From Vulcanimicrobiota bacterium (GTDB lineage Bacteria; Vulcanimicrobiota; Vulcanimicrobiia; Vulcanimicrobiales; Vulcanimicrobiaceae): a stretch of 64,000 bases of DNA. Within the stretch, counting starts at the first letter, position 1. Each line of letters starts with the position of its first letter. The DNA lies in NCBI GenBank assembly GCA_963786105.1, contig CAWAXX010000025.1, forward strand, positions 20,737 through 84,736, read 5' to 3'. Below, piece after piece: positions 41,520 through 50,913 of this stretch. The translations under genes and the position numbers were made by a program. Below the pieces are notes generated by a model, which had not been told where the DNA came from, made no database searches, and saw nothing but the letters and a program-made list of their open reading frames with translations.

Positions 41520-42212
41520 GTGGCGCTAGCCCACATTCTCGTGATCGAGAGTGACTCGAGCGTCGCCCGACTCGAACGTAAGGCGCTCGAGGGCGCGGGG
41601 TACGACGTGCGCTGCACGCGTAGCGGTGCGGAGGGTCTGGATCTCGCAAAGACGTATGCGCCCGACGTCGTCGTCCTCGACGTAGCCTTATCCGATCTCT
41701 CGGGTTTCGACGTGTGCGGGGTGCTCGCGAAATCTACGCCCGCGTTCATCCTGCTGGTCAGCGTGCGCGCGCGCCACCAGGACGTTTTGCGAGGCCTTCA
41801 AATGGGCGCCGACGATTGCATGACGCGGCCGTTTTCCGGCAGCGAGCTGGTCGCCCGAGTCGCCTCGTTCTTGCGCCGCCGTAAGAAACTCACGGCTCGT
41901 CCAGTCGACGGCAGCGTGCTGGACCTTGGACCCTCGTACCTCGACCGGAACTTCCACACGCTTTCGAACAACGGCAGCCGCACGACGTTGACGGCGCTCG
42001 AGTTTCGTCTGATGTGGTTCTTGGGCGAGGCCGAAGGCCGGCTGCTGACGCGCGCCCAAATCCTCGAGGCGGTCTGGAACGACACCTCCGGCGTCCCGAC
42101 TCGCGTGGTCGACGTTCACATCGCGGCGCTGCGAAAGAAACTCGCAAGAATCCGTGCGCCGCTCGAGATTGCAAGCGTGCGCGGCATTGGCTACCGGCTC
42201 GACAAAAAATAG
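41520..42212 (+). CDS. OmpR-family response regulator (atypical receiver)
   Basis: Receiver domain plus winged HTH (LT..EF.L, R.VDVHI..LRKKL, SVRGIGY). Confidence 0.88.
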   Translation: MALAHILVIESDSSVARLERKALEGAGYDVRCTRSGAEGLDLAKTYAPDVVVLDVALSDLSGFDVCGVLAKSTPAFILLVSVRARHQDVLRGLQMGADDCMTRPFSGSELVARVASFLRRRKKLTARPVDGSVLDLGPSYLDRNFHTLSNNGSRTTLTALEFRLMWFLGEAEGRLLTRAQILEAVWNDTSGVPTRVVDVHIAALRKKLARIRAPLEIASVRGIGYRLDKK

Positions 42213-43668
42213 CGCGTTCGGAGCGTCGCTGCGGCTTGAGGCGGCCGACCCGCGTCCGCTGTACGTTCAGCTCGCCGACCAGCTCGTCGAAGCCATCGAA
42301 AACGAACTGGTGCGCCCCGGAGAGCGTTTGCCGGCGATGCGGGAATTGGCGGGCTCGCTCGATTGCGCGCTCGTGACGGTTTCGCAGGCGTACGAACTGC
42401 TCGCGGCGCGCGGTCGCGTGATATCGCGGGTTGGGAAAGGCACCTACGTCGCGCCGCCGCAAGACCGTACTTTGCCGTTCGCGAGACGGTGGGAACCGGA
42501 CGTTGGACGCTTCGCGCGCGCTGCCCGATTGGAGGGCGTGATGGAGTTGTTAACGCGCGCGACGGTTCCCGGCGCGATTACGCTGGCAACCGGCCATCCG
42601 GCTCCTGAAACGTTTCCGCTTCACGATTTCGGCCGCGCTTTCAACCGCACGCTGCTCGACGATCCGCCGGAGCTCATGCAGTACCGGTCGTCTACGGGCG
42701 ATCGCGATTTATGCGACGCGCTGGCGGCCCTCTTGCGGCGCCGAAGTTGCCGCGCCGACGCCGCCGACGTTATCGTTTGTTCGGGTGCCCAGCAGGCGGC
42801 AGACATCGTCGCCACCGTCCTGCTCGACGATCGCAGCGTCGTGGCGAGCGAAAGCCCAACCTATTCCGGAACGCTGGGAGTCTTCGATGCTCGAGGCGTC
42901 ACCTACGTCGAAGTGCGCGGCGACGAGGACGGCGTGCGCGTCGACGACGTCGAGCGCGTCTTCGCCGAGTACCGGCCGCGCTTGTTCTACGTCAATCCGA
43001 TCGCCCAAAATCCGACCGGCGCGGTATTGCCGGCGCGCCGCGCGCGGCAACTCGTGGCGCTGGCACGCCGCTACGACGTCGTCATTCTCGAGGACCAGAC
43101 CGGTTGGGCGCTAGCCTACGATTCGGTCGCGCCGCCGCCGTTAGCCGCCCACGACACCGACGGTCGCGTCATCTTGATGGAGAGTCTTTCTAAATCGATA
43201 TTTCCGGCACTCCGCATCGGATATCTCTACGCAAAGGGCGGTCTTGCCGAAGCGCTGGAGGTGGCGAAAGTACGTGCCGACGTCTTTACGTCTACGCTAA
43301 CGCAGCGAGCGTTGTGGCGCTTTATGGACGGTCCCGCTTACGCGCGGCATCTGCGATCGTCCCGCGCGCTCTACCGCGGGCGACGCGACGCATTCATCGA
43401 AGCGCTCGCGCGTGAAGCGCCTTGGGCCGAAGTCAGAACGCCGGCCGCCGGCGTGAACGTCTGGCTTCCGCTGCCCGCGCGTATTTCGACGCAGGCGGCG
43501 TTCGACGCGTGCGCGCGCGAGGGCGTGCTGGTCATGCCGGCCGAGCCGTTCTATCCGACGCGCAGCGGTCCGCCGGCGTTGCGCCTGTCGTTCGGGCACC
43601 TTCCGGTGGAAGAAGCGCGGGAAGGCGTCGTACGTCTCGGCCGGGCCCTCGCCAAACTCCTCTGCTAA
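42187..43668 (+). CDS. MocR/GabR-family regulator (GntR HTH + PLP-binding aminotransferase-like domain)
   Basis: PLYVQLA...PGERLP..RELA...TVSQAY, QNPTG, SLSKSIFPALRIG. Start approximate. Confidence 0.9.
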   Translation: MATGSTKNSAFGASLRLEAADPRPLYVQLADQLVEAIENELVRPGERLPAMRELAGSLDCALVTVSQAYELLAARGRVISRVGKGTYVAPPQDRTLPFARRWEPDVGRFARAARLEGVMELLTRATVPGAITLATGHPAPETFPLHDFGRAFNRTLLDDPPELMQYRSSTGDRDLCDALAALLRRRSCRADAADVIVCSGAQQAADIVATVLLDDRSVVASESPTYSGTLGVFDARGVTYVEVRGDEDGVRVDDVERVFAEYRPRLFYVNPIAQNPTGAVLPARRARQLVALARRYDVVILEDQTGWALAYDSVAPPPLAAHDTDGRVILMESLSKSIFPALRIGYLYAKGGLAEALEVAKVRADVFTSTLTQRALWRFMDGPAYARHLRSSRALYRGRRDAFIEALAREAPWAEVRTPAAGVNVWLPLPARISTQAAFDACAREGVLVMPAEPFYPTRSGPPALRLSFGHLPVEEAREGVVRLGRALAKLLC

Positions 43669-43673
43669 CCATG

Positions 43674-43717
43674 GTGTCATCGTGCGCGGAGAAACTCCGT
43701 CATGCTCAGGATGACAC
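43674..43717. repeat. REP-like palindrome GTGTCATC...GCTCAGGATGACAC between convergent genes
   Basis: 8-bp arms GTGTCATC/GATGACAC with an inner GGAG-AAA-CTCC hairpin; same termini as 24929-24965. Confidence 0.62.
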
Positions 43718-43729
43718 GACACGGATGGT

Positions 43730-44218
43730 TTAGCGGCCGAGAGCGCGGTCTTCGACTCGGATGCGCCACGCGAGCAGCGCAACATTGAAAACTGAAAACG
43801 CAACCGCGATCCCGATCGCCCCGAACGCGAGCGGCAGCACGGCGATTTCGGCGCAAACGACGATATAGTTGGGGTGGCGCAGAAAGCGATACGGACCGCG
43901 GCGAACCAGCGGCGCGCCCGGAACGGTCACGACGCGCGTCGTCCAATGCGGTCCCAACGAAGCAACGACCCAAACGCGCAATGCTTGTAAAACTACAAAG
44001 ATGGCGAGCAACCACCAAATTGGCGAAGTCGCCGGCGGAATAAGCACCGCCATAAAGACCAACCATGCGGCGTGCAGCAAGACGAATAGCGGGTAGTGCG
44101 AGGCGCCGGCTTCGATTCCGCCTCGTTGCAGCAATCGCGCCGTGTTGCGTTGCGCGTACAAGAGTTCGACGATGCGTTGCGCGGCAACGAGGATCAGAAC
44201 GATCCAGAGAACGCTCAT
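43730..44218 (-). CDS. Isoprenylcysteine carboxylmethyltransferase-family protein (BpsB/SrsB-like)
   Basis: QRIVEL...NT..L, E.GASHY, LG.HWTTR, GPYRFLRHPNY. Confidence 0.88.
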   Translation of the reverse strand: MSVLWIVLILVAAQRIVELLYAQRNTARLLQRGGIEAGASHYPLFVLLHAAWLVFMAVLIPPATSPIWWLLAIFVVLQALRVWVVASLGPHWTTRVVTVPGAPLVRRGPYRFLRHPNYIVVCAEIAVLPLAFGAIGIAVAFSVFNVALLAWRIRVEDRALGR

Positions 44219-44226
44219 GCCGAATG

Positions 44227-45276
44227 CTAGCGTTCGAGCAACGTAAATCCGGCGGTGAAACCTGGTCCGAGCGCGCTGAGCAACGCGCGCTTCCACGGGA
44301 TAGCCCCGTTGGTCAGCGTTCGCTCGAGTACGAACATTACGGTGGCGGCGGACATATTGCCGTAGTCGTGTAACACGTCGCGCGATTCGGTGAGCGTGCC
44401 GGGCTCGAGCCTGTAAGCCGATTCGAGCGCATCGATGACTTTCGCGCCACCCGGATGACAAATGAAGCGGTCGACGTCACCGAGGGTGAGGTTGCGTTCG
44501 GCGAGAAACGCGCTGGCGACGTCCTGGAGATGCGTCGTCACCAAGTTTGGAATGTCGCGCGAAAAGATCGCTTTGAGCCCTTCGCCGGTGACGTCCCATC
44601 CCATGACGTCGAGGCTGCAAGGCCAGGTGTACTCGCCGCCGGCAACGACGGCCGGCCCGTCGTCCGCGCAGGAAAGCAGCGCGGCCGCCGCGCCGTCGCC
44701 AAAGAGTGCGGTCGCAACGATGTTGCTTTTCGTAAAGTCGTCGCGGCGAAATGAAAGCGCGCACAACTCGACGACCAGAAAGAGCACGAGTTCGTCGGGC
44801 TGCGAAGCTGCCAAGGTCGCCGCCCGCGCGAGTCCGATCGTGCCGCCGGCGCATCCGAGACCGAAGATCGGCAGGCGCCGTACGGTTCTGCGCAGTCCCA
44901 TTCGTTCCATCAGCAGCGCATCGAGGCTGGGGGTGGCGATTCCCGTAGTCGAAACGACGACGATCGCGCCGATGTCCTCGGAATGCCGGCCGGCGCGTTC
45001 GAGCGCTGACTGCGTCGCACTCTCGAGCAAGTCCAGTGCGGACGCGAGGTAAATTCGATTACGCTCCGGCCAGTCGTGCGGCCGTTCGTACCACTCGATC
45101 GGTACGCAAGAATAGCGTCGTCCGATTCCCGTGTTTCCGAACATCGGCAGCAGCCGCACGATTTCGGGTGAGCGCGGCCCAAGCGCGAGGCTTATCCGCC
45201 GAGTAACGTCCTCTTGATCGAGAAGGAAGGGGGGAACGGCCGAGGCGACCGTCAGAATTCGGGGCGTGTTGGTCAC
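44227..45276 (-). CDS. Type III polyketide synthase (BpsA/SrsA-like)
   Basis: Catalytic triad motifs GLGCAGG, HPGG, GNMS; also LFGDG and GPGF. Confidence 0.93.
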   Translation of the reverse strand: MTNTPRILTVASAVPPFLLDQEDVTRRISLALGPRSPEIVRLLPMFGNTGIGRRYSCVPIEWYERPHDWPERNRIYLASALDLLESATQSALERAGRHSEDIGAIVVVSTTGIATPSLDALLMERMGLRRTVRRLPIFGLGCAGGTIGLARAATLAASQPDELVLFLVVELCALSFRRDDFTKSNIVATALFGDGAAAALLSCADDGPAVVAGGEYTWPCSLDVMGWDVTGEGLKAIFSRDIPNLVTTHLQDVASAFLAERNLTLGDVDRFICHPGGAKVIDALESAYRLEPGTLTESRDVLHDYGNMSAATVMFVLERTLTNGAIPWKRALLSALGPGFTAGFTLLER

Positions 45277-45389
45277 GCCCCACCTTTCCGTGCCCCTGCG
45301 GCGGCGTCTTTCCGGCCGGAGGCCACTCCCTGGCCGGGAGAAGGCTGAGCAGGGTAGGTGCGGCTTGCGTCAGTAAGCCTCTAGTCCCC

Positions 45390-47744
45390 GTGAGGTTTAG
45401 ACGTATCGTAGCGGCGGCGCTGGCCGTTTTGACGTTGGGTGCCGTGCCGCGCCCAGTTCCGCTCATCATGTACTCGGCCCCGGCCGGCGACCGCCCGGCC
45501 GGAGCTGATACCGTCACGCCGACGACCGCGATCCTCCCGAACGGACGGATTGCGTCCCCGGCCGGCCAGAGCGTCCTCGTCGGCACGAATCCGTTGGCGG
45601 TCGCACTCTCGCCGGACGGTCGCTTCGCGATCGTCAGCAACGATGACGCGCGTACCGGCCGGCTGACGATTCCCAACGCGGCAGTCCCGCCGTCCATCGG
45701 CTATTCGCTGGCAGTCGTGGATACGCGAGCGATGACCCTCGCAAGCGTCTATCGCGACGCCTCGCCGGGATTTTTCATGGGCGTCGCCGCCGCTCGCGAT
45801 CCGGACGATCCTGCTCGAACCATCGTGCTGGCTTCCGACGCCGGGCAAGGATCGGTTCGGGTCTTCGACCTGGACGCAAGCGGTCAGCTCCTTCCGGAGG
45901 CGGGCAGTATTACGCTGCCGGCAGCCGCCGGACGGCGCGCATTTCCCGCTGGAATAGCGCTCGCCGATGATGCGCGTTTTGCATACGTCGCGAACAACCT
46001 GGGCAACGCGGTGACCGAGATCGATCTCGCCAAGCGCGCCGTCGCGCGCAGCGTCGAGGTCGGAGACTTTCCGCTCCACGTTGCGGCGGCCGGCGGGCGC
46101 GTGCTGGTGAGTTCGGGCGGCCTTTCGACCTACACGGCGCTCGAACGGCCGGCGGCAGCTCCACACTTCGTCGTTCCGTCCTTCGATCCGAACAAATCCT
46201 CAACGGTTACCGTGTTCGATCTGCTTACCGGCGCGGATTCGCCGGCGAGTCCGGTGACGGTCCCTATGGATGGTGCCCCGGACGGTTCGCAAATCGTGGG
46301 CGGTGCTTCACCGGGCGCCATTGCGGTTCGCCGCGACGGTCGCTTGGCGTACGTCGCGCTCGCAAACGTCGACCGGGTCGCGGTCATTTCGCTCACCGGC
46401 GGGCCCCGAGTCGTTCGCGGACTCGACTTACGCCTTTTCCCGAACGCGCCATACGGGGCGCAGCCGAGTGCCGTCGTGTTGAGCAAGGACGAAAAGCGTC
46501 TGTACGTCGCGCTCGCCGGTCTCAATGCGGTTGCGGTGCTCGATGCCCGCATGCCGTCGCATTATCGCTACGGCTTGATTCCCACGGGATGGTACCCGAC
46601 CGCGCTGGCGATGTCGCCGAACGGCCGTTATCTCTACGTGACGAGCGCGAAGGGCGTCGACGGTTGGGGTCTTTTCACGCGCGTCGACCTCAAGCACGCG
46701 TCGTTGGTGAAGACGACGCTGGACTCGCTGCGTTACAACCGCACGGTGTCCGCGGCAAAATACGACGCCGTGATCCCTCCGCTGCGCTCGGGCAAGCGCA
46801 GCGCGGCGATCGATCACGTCGTGTACGTCGCCGTCGGTCCGCAGACATACGATGCGACGCTCGGCGATCTCACGGATTCGGCCGGGGCCGCCCTTGGCAA
46901 CGGGAACGCCGCCTACACGCTCGATCCCGAGCGGGTGACGCCGAATCTGCACGCGCTGGCACGAGCCTATGCAACTGCCGACAACTTCTACGCTTCGGAT
47001 GCCGATGCTCCGGTGGCGCGCCTCTTTGCAACGACTGCGGACGCTTCGCTCTTCGCTCAACTCACGGCCGCGGTGAAGCCGGTCCGCACGCCCTTCGACG
47101 GCGAGGGCGTCGATCCTGAAGACTACGCTCGCGCCGGATACGTCTTCAACGCGCTGGCTCGCGCCAGCTTGTCGTTTCGCGATTACGGCGGACTGCTGCA
47201 ACTTTCCGGGTACGACGACGGGCTCTATCATCTCGACGTGCCCGCACTCGCCGCCCTCGACGGCAACGTGGACTTGAACTATGCGGTCGGCGATCCGCGC
47301 GTGGACTCCGCGCATCGCGCTGGAGAGTTCGTACGCGATATGGGGCGCTATGTGGATGCCGGCCAAACCCCCAGCTTTTCGTACGTATGGCTGCCGACGC
47401 CGCGCCAAGGCGGCATTGGTGAAGCCGACCGCGCGCTCGGAACGATCGTGCAATTTCTGTCGCGCACCCCGCACTGGAGCTCGACCGCCGTTTTCGTGGT
47501 CCCCGAAGGCGTCAACGGCGGGGCCGATCACGTGAACCCGATGCGCAGCTACTGCCTGGTCGTTTCGCCGTTCGCACGCCGCGGCTTCGTGGGGCACGTG
47601 CATCTCTCGGCGTCGAGCGTCGTGAAGACCGAGGAGGAGATCTTCGGACTCCCGCCTCTCGGACTCGGCGATTTACTCGCGAGCGACATGGCGAGTTTCT
47701 TCGCGAGCGCGCCGTCTCCGGAACCGTATACGGCGATTCGTTAG
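45390..47744 (+). CDS. Secreted YncE/YVTN beta-propeller + alkaline-phosphatase-superfamily (phosphoesterase) protein with a degenerate active site
   Basis: Signal peptide, LPNGR...P.G, repeated SPDGR.AYV blades, IPTGWYP, TPNLHALA...DNFY, WSSTAVFV, G.DHV. Confidence 0.8.
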   Translation: MRFRRIVAAALAVLTLGAVPRPVPLIMYSAPAGDRPAGADTVTPTTAILPNGRIASPAGQSVLVGTNPLAVALSPDGRFAIVSNDDARTGRLTIPNAAVPPSIGYSLAVVDTRAMTLASVYRDASPGFFMGVAAARDPDDPARTIVLASDAGQGSVRVFDLDASGQLLPEAGSITLPAAAGRRAFPAGIALADDARFAYVANNLGNAVTEIDLAKRAVARSVEVGDFPLHVAAAGGRVLVSSGGLSTYTALERPAAAPHFVVPSFDPNKSSTVTVFDLLTGADSPASPVTVPMDGAPDGSQIVGGASPGAIAVRRDGRLAYVALANVDRVAVISLTGGPRVVRGLDLRLFPNAPYGAQPSAVVLSKDEKRLYVALAGLNAVAVLDARMPSHYRYGLIPTGWYPTALAMSPNGRYLYVTSAKGVDGWGLFTRVDLKHASLVKTTLDSLRYNRTVSAAKYDAVIPPLRSGKRSAAIDHVVYVAVGPQTYDATLGDLTDSAGAALGNGNAAYTLDPERVTPNLHALARAYATADNFYASDADAPVARLFATTADASLFAQLTAAVKPVRTPFDGEGVDPEDYARAGYVFNALARASLSFRDYGGLLQLSGYDDGLYHLDVPALAALDGNVDLNYAVGDPRVDSAHRAGEFVRDMGRYVDAGQTPSFSYVWLPTPRQGGIGEADRALGTIVQFLSRTPHWSSTAVFVVPEGVNGGADHVNPMRSYCLVVSPFARRGFVGHVHLSASSVVKTEEEIFGLPPLGLGDLLASDMASFFASAPSPEPYTAIR

Positions 47745-47800
47745 GTGAGTGCCAGGAAGATGAAGGGCCTTCGCGAGCACCGTTCAGAAAACAACCCGCT

Positions 47801-48637
47801 ATGACGACGAGAGACGGCGTTCATTTCGGGCCGCGCCTGGTTGGTTCTCCCACCGGGACGCTACGCATCGCGATGCTGGTGAAACCAAACCAAAGCATCG
47901 AACGGGCAAAACCGTTATCCGGCGAACCCGGAGCCGTTTATTCGAGAGCGCTCGAACAGCACGCCGTGCTCTGTAAGACGCTGCGATATTTCGGCGTCGA
48001 AACGGTCGTTTTCGATCCGCATAGCGACGATTCGTTCGAGGCGTCGGTCGCCGATGCAGCGGTGGCGTTCGAAGACGGTGCCATGCTGATGCGGCCGACT
48101 TCGATGTCCCGGCGTGCCGAAGCCGATCGCACCCAGGCGGAGTTTGCGCAGCTCGACGTCCCGCTTGCAGGACATATCGTGGCCCCGGGGCTGCTGGACG
48201 GAACCGACGTGATGCTCGCCGGGAATACGGCGTTTATCGGCGTCGGCAAGCGCGGAAACGACCTCGGCCGTAAAGGATTCGCCGAAGTTGCGCGCGCGCA
48301 CGGCTATCGGGTGTCCGAAGTCCGTATCGCGGACGACGTGCCCGCGCTGCGAGCGGTCGCCGGCGCCGTCGCGAAGGACACGGTCGTGCTGGCGGCCGAC
48401 AAAGTGGATCCCGCGCCGTTCGCGAGTTTCAAAACCATCGTCCTCGAACGTGGCGAGGAGTTGGCAGCCGGCCTATTGTGCCTCGACGACGGCCACGTGC
48501 TCGCCGACATCCGGTTTCGCACGGCGTTGACGGCGATGCGCCGCGCCGGCGTCACGGTGGATTCGATCGATCTGTACGATTTCTACAAGGTCGGAATTAC
48601 GCCGTCGATGATGGTCCTGTCGCTGAAGCGCGACTGA
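47801..48637 (+). CDS. DDAH/amidinotransferase (pentein) family protein lacking catalytic His/Cys
   Basis: ALEQH, RP....RR.E, I.APG.LDG.DV, FIG...R.N..G align to dimethylargininase. Confidence 0.78.
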   Translation: MTTRDGVHFGPRLVGSPTGTLRIAMLVKPNQSIERAKPLSGEPGAVYSRALEQHAVLCKTLRYFGVETVVFDPHSDDSFEASVADAAVAFEDGAMLMRPTSMSRRAEADRTQAEFAQLDVPLAGHIVAPGLLDGTDVMLAGNTAFIGVGKRGNDLGRKGFAEVARAHGYRVSEVRIADDVPALRAVAGAVAKDTVVLAADKVDPAPFASFKTIVLERGEELAAGLLCLDDGHVLADIRFRTALTAMRRAGVTVDSIDLYDFYKVGITPSMMVLSLKRD

Positions 48638-48655
48638 GAGTTCAGTAAACTCTCG

Positions 48656-49384
48656 ATGCGTCTCGGCGTGCTGTCGGACATTCACGGAAACCTCGTCGGT
48701 TTGGACGCCTGTTTGGCCGATCTGCAGGCACAAGGCGGCGCCGACGCGATCGTCGCCGCCGGCGATCTTTGCGTCGACGGACCCAAGCCGCGAAAAGTGC
48801 TGCAGCGGCTCGAGCAACTCGGCGTCGCCTGTCTGCGCGGAAACACCGAGCGCTACATCGCCGACGGGCGCCGGGAAGCGTCCGATCCGGCGGCGGAAGC
48901 ACAGCTTGCGTGGACGCGCCGAGATTTGGGCGAGAAATGGGTGAACTGGCTGCGCGACCTCCCCTTTGCCTTACGCATCGGCGACGACGACAATCAGCTG
49001 TTGGTCGTGCACGCCAACCCGAAGACGGACTTCGAGCACCTCTGGCCGGATGCCGACGAAGCCACCCTCGAAAGGCTGGTCGGCGACGAGACCGCCACGG
49101 CGATTGCCTTCGGACACCTGCACCTTCCCTACGTGCGAATGTGGCGCGGCAAGCTTTTGGTAAACGTGGCGTCCGCCGGCTTGCCCAAAGATGGGGACCC
49201 GCGGGCCTGCTACGCGATCCTCACCGAACGGGACGGCGGTTGGCAAGTCAAGCATCGCCGCGTTCCCTTCGACGTGAAGAAAGTTGCAACCCAACTGGCG
49301 GATTGCGGGATTCCGGGCAGTGAAGAACTCATTGCAACGCTCCGCCATCACAGGTACAAACAACTAAAATCGCAAGTTCCATAA
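48656..49384 (+). CDS. Calcineurin-like metallophosphoesterase (YfcE-like)
   Basis: SDIHGN, GD, RGN.E, H, GHLH, PKDGDPRA.Y. Confidence 0.88.
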   Translation: MRLGVLSDIHGNLVGLDACLADLQAQGGADAIVAAGDLCVDGPKPRKVLQRLEQLGVACLRGNTERYIADGRREASDPAAEAQLAWTRRDLGEKWVNWLRDLPFALRIGDDDNQLLVVHANPKTDFEHLWPDADEATLERLVGDETATAIAFGHLHLPYVRMWRGKLLVNVASAGLPKDGDPRACYAILTERDGGWQVKHRRVPFDVKKVATQLADCGIPGSEELIATLRHHRYKQLKSQVP

Positions 49385-49392
49385 CCGAGAAG

Positions 49393-50142
49393 ATGACTCG
49401 CTTTCCAAACGGCGGCGCCCCCGCGCCGGCGGCTATCGACATTCGTGGTTTGGTGAAGCGCTACGGTGACTTTACCGCCGTCGACGGTATCACGCTGCGC
49501 GTCGAAGCCGGCGAATTCTTCGGCTTTCTCGGACCCAACGGCGCCGGGAAGACGACGACCATTAACGCCATCGTCGGTCTGGCTCGCAAAACCAGCGGAA
49601 CGATTTCCATCTTGGGCTACGACAACGAGACGCAGTGGCGTGAGGCTCGCCGTTTGGTCGGCGTATCGCCGCAGGAGTTCAACTTCGACCGGTATCTCTC
49701 GATCCGGGACGTGTTGATTTACGCCGCCGGGTACTTCGGATTGCGCGGCCGGCAGGTGGCCGACCGAGCCGACATGTTGCTCGATCGATTCGGCCTCACG
49801 TCGAAGTCGAAGCTCGAATATACGAAGCTCTCGGGCGGCCAAAAGCGCCGCCTAACGCTCGCGCGCGCGCTCGTTCACGAACCCAAGGTGCTGATTCTCG
49901 ACGAGCCGACCGCCGGCGTCGACGTCGAGCTACGGCTGGAACTGTGGGAGTGGCTGCAGGCGCTCAACGCCGAAGGGCTGACCGTCTTTCTGACGACGCA
50001 CTATCTCGAAGAAGCGCAAGAACTTTGCAAGCGGATCGCGATCGTACGTGCGGGTCGGATCGTCGCCGAGAAGCCGACTCACGAGTTGATTGCCGACGGC
50101 GCATCCTTGCAAGACGTCTTCTTGGAGCTGACCAAGACGTGA
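49393..50142 (+). CDS. ABC-2 transporter ATP-binding protein (YadG-like)
   Basis: GPNGAGKT, LSGGQ, ILDEPTAGVD, TTHYLEEA. Confidence 0.93.
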   Translation: MTRFPNGGAPAPAAIDIRGLVKRYGDFTAVDGITLRVEAGEFFGFLGPNGAGKTTTINAIVGLARKTSGTISILGYDNETQWREARRLVGVSPQEFNFDRYLSIRDVLIYAAGYFGLRGRQVADRADMLLDRFGLTSKSKLEYTKLSGGQKRRLTLARALVHEPKVLILDEPTAGVDVELRLELWEWLQALNAEGLTVFLTTHYLEEAQELCKRIAIVRAGRIVAEKPTHELIADGASLQDVFLELTKT

Positions 50143-50900
50143 ACTCGACTGCGCTGTGGACGCTGACCAAGCGTGAGATGGTTCGGAGCCTCAAGGTCAT
50201 CAATCAAGTCATTTGGCCGCCGATCATCACGACGCTGCTGTACGTCTTCGTTTTCGGGCTCGCGCTGGGCAGCCGCATCCCCTCGGTACAGGGCGTGACG
50301 TACGCGCAATTTCTGATTCCAGGACTCATCATGCTGCAGGTAATCGACTCGTCGTACGGGGAGTGCTCGAGCTCGTTGTTCCAGGGGCGGTTCATGAACT
50401 CGATCCAAGAGATGCTGATCGCACCCATGTCGGCAGTCGAGATCGTCGGCGGGTACGTGCTGGGCAGTCTCGCCCGATCGCTGCTGATCGCCGGCTTGAT
50501 CACGGCGCTCGGGGTGGTTTTGGTCCACGCCGCACCGCACGATTGGGTGCTGTACTTCGGCGTGATTTGCCTGGTTTCGATCCTCTTTTCAGCGCTCGGA
50601 CTGATCTTCGGGCTGTTTGCCGACAAGTTCGATCACATCGCCATCCTGACGACGTTCGTCATCACGCCGCTAACATTTGTGGGCGGTGTGTTCACGTCGG
50701 CGTCGATGTTGCCACCTGCGTTGCAACGCTTCGAGCTCTTCAATCCGATATTCTATACGATCGATGCGTTCCGGCGGAGCTATACCGGGGATAGCTTCCT
50801 CGCGCCGCTCTGGTCGGTTGCCGCCATCGTGCTGCTGTCGGTCATCGCTCTGGCGATCGTCTTGCGCATGATGGCGACGGGCTACAAACTGCGAACGTGA
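50139..50900 (+). CDS. ABC-2 transporter permease (YadH-like)
   Basis: PPIITTLLY..VFG, F.IPGLIM, TPLTFVGGVF, NP.FY.ID, TGYKLR; GTGA overlap with the ATPase. Confidence 0.9.
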   Translation: MNSTALWTLTKREMVRSLKVINQVIWPPIITTLLYVFVFGLALGSRIPSVQGVTYAQFLIPGLIMLQVIDSSYGECSSSLFQGRFMNSIQEMLIAPMSAVEIVGGYVLGSLARSLLIAGLITALGVVLVHAAPHDWVLYFGVICLVSILFSALGLIFGLFADKFDHIAILTTFVITPLTFVGGVFTSASMLPPALQRFELFNPIFYTIDAFRRSYTGDSFLAPLWSVAAIVLLSVIALAIVLRMMATGYKLRT

Positions 50901-50913
50901 GCGAGGAAAGCCG

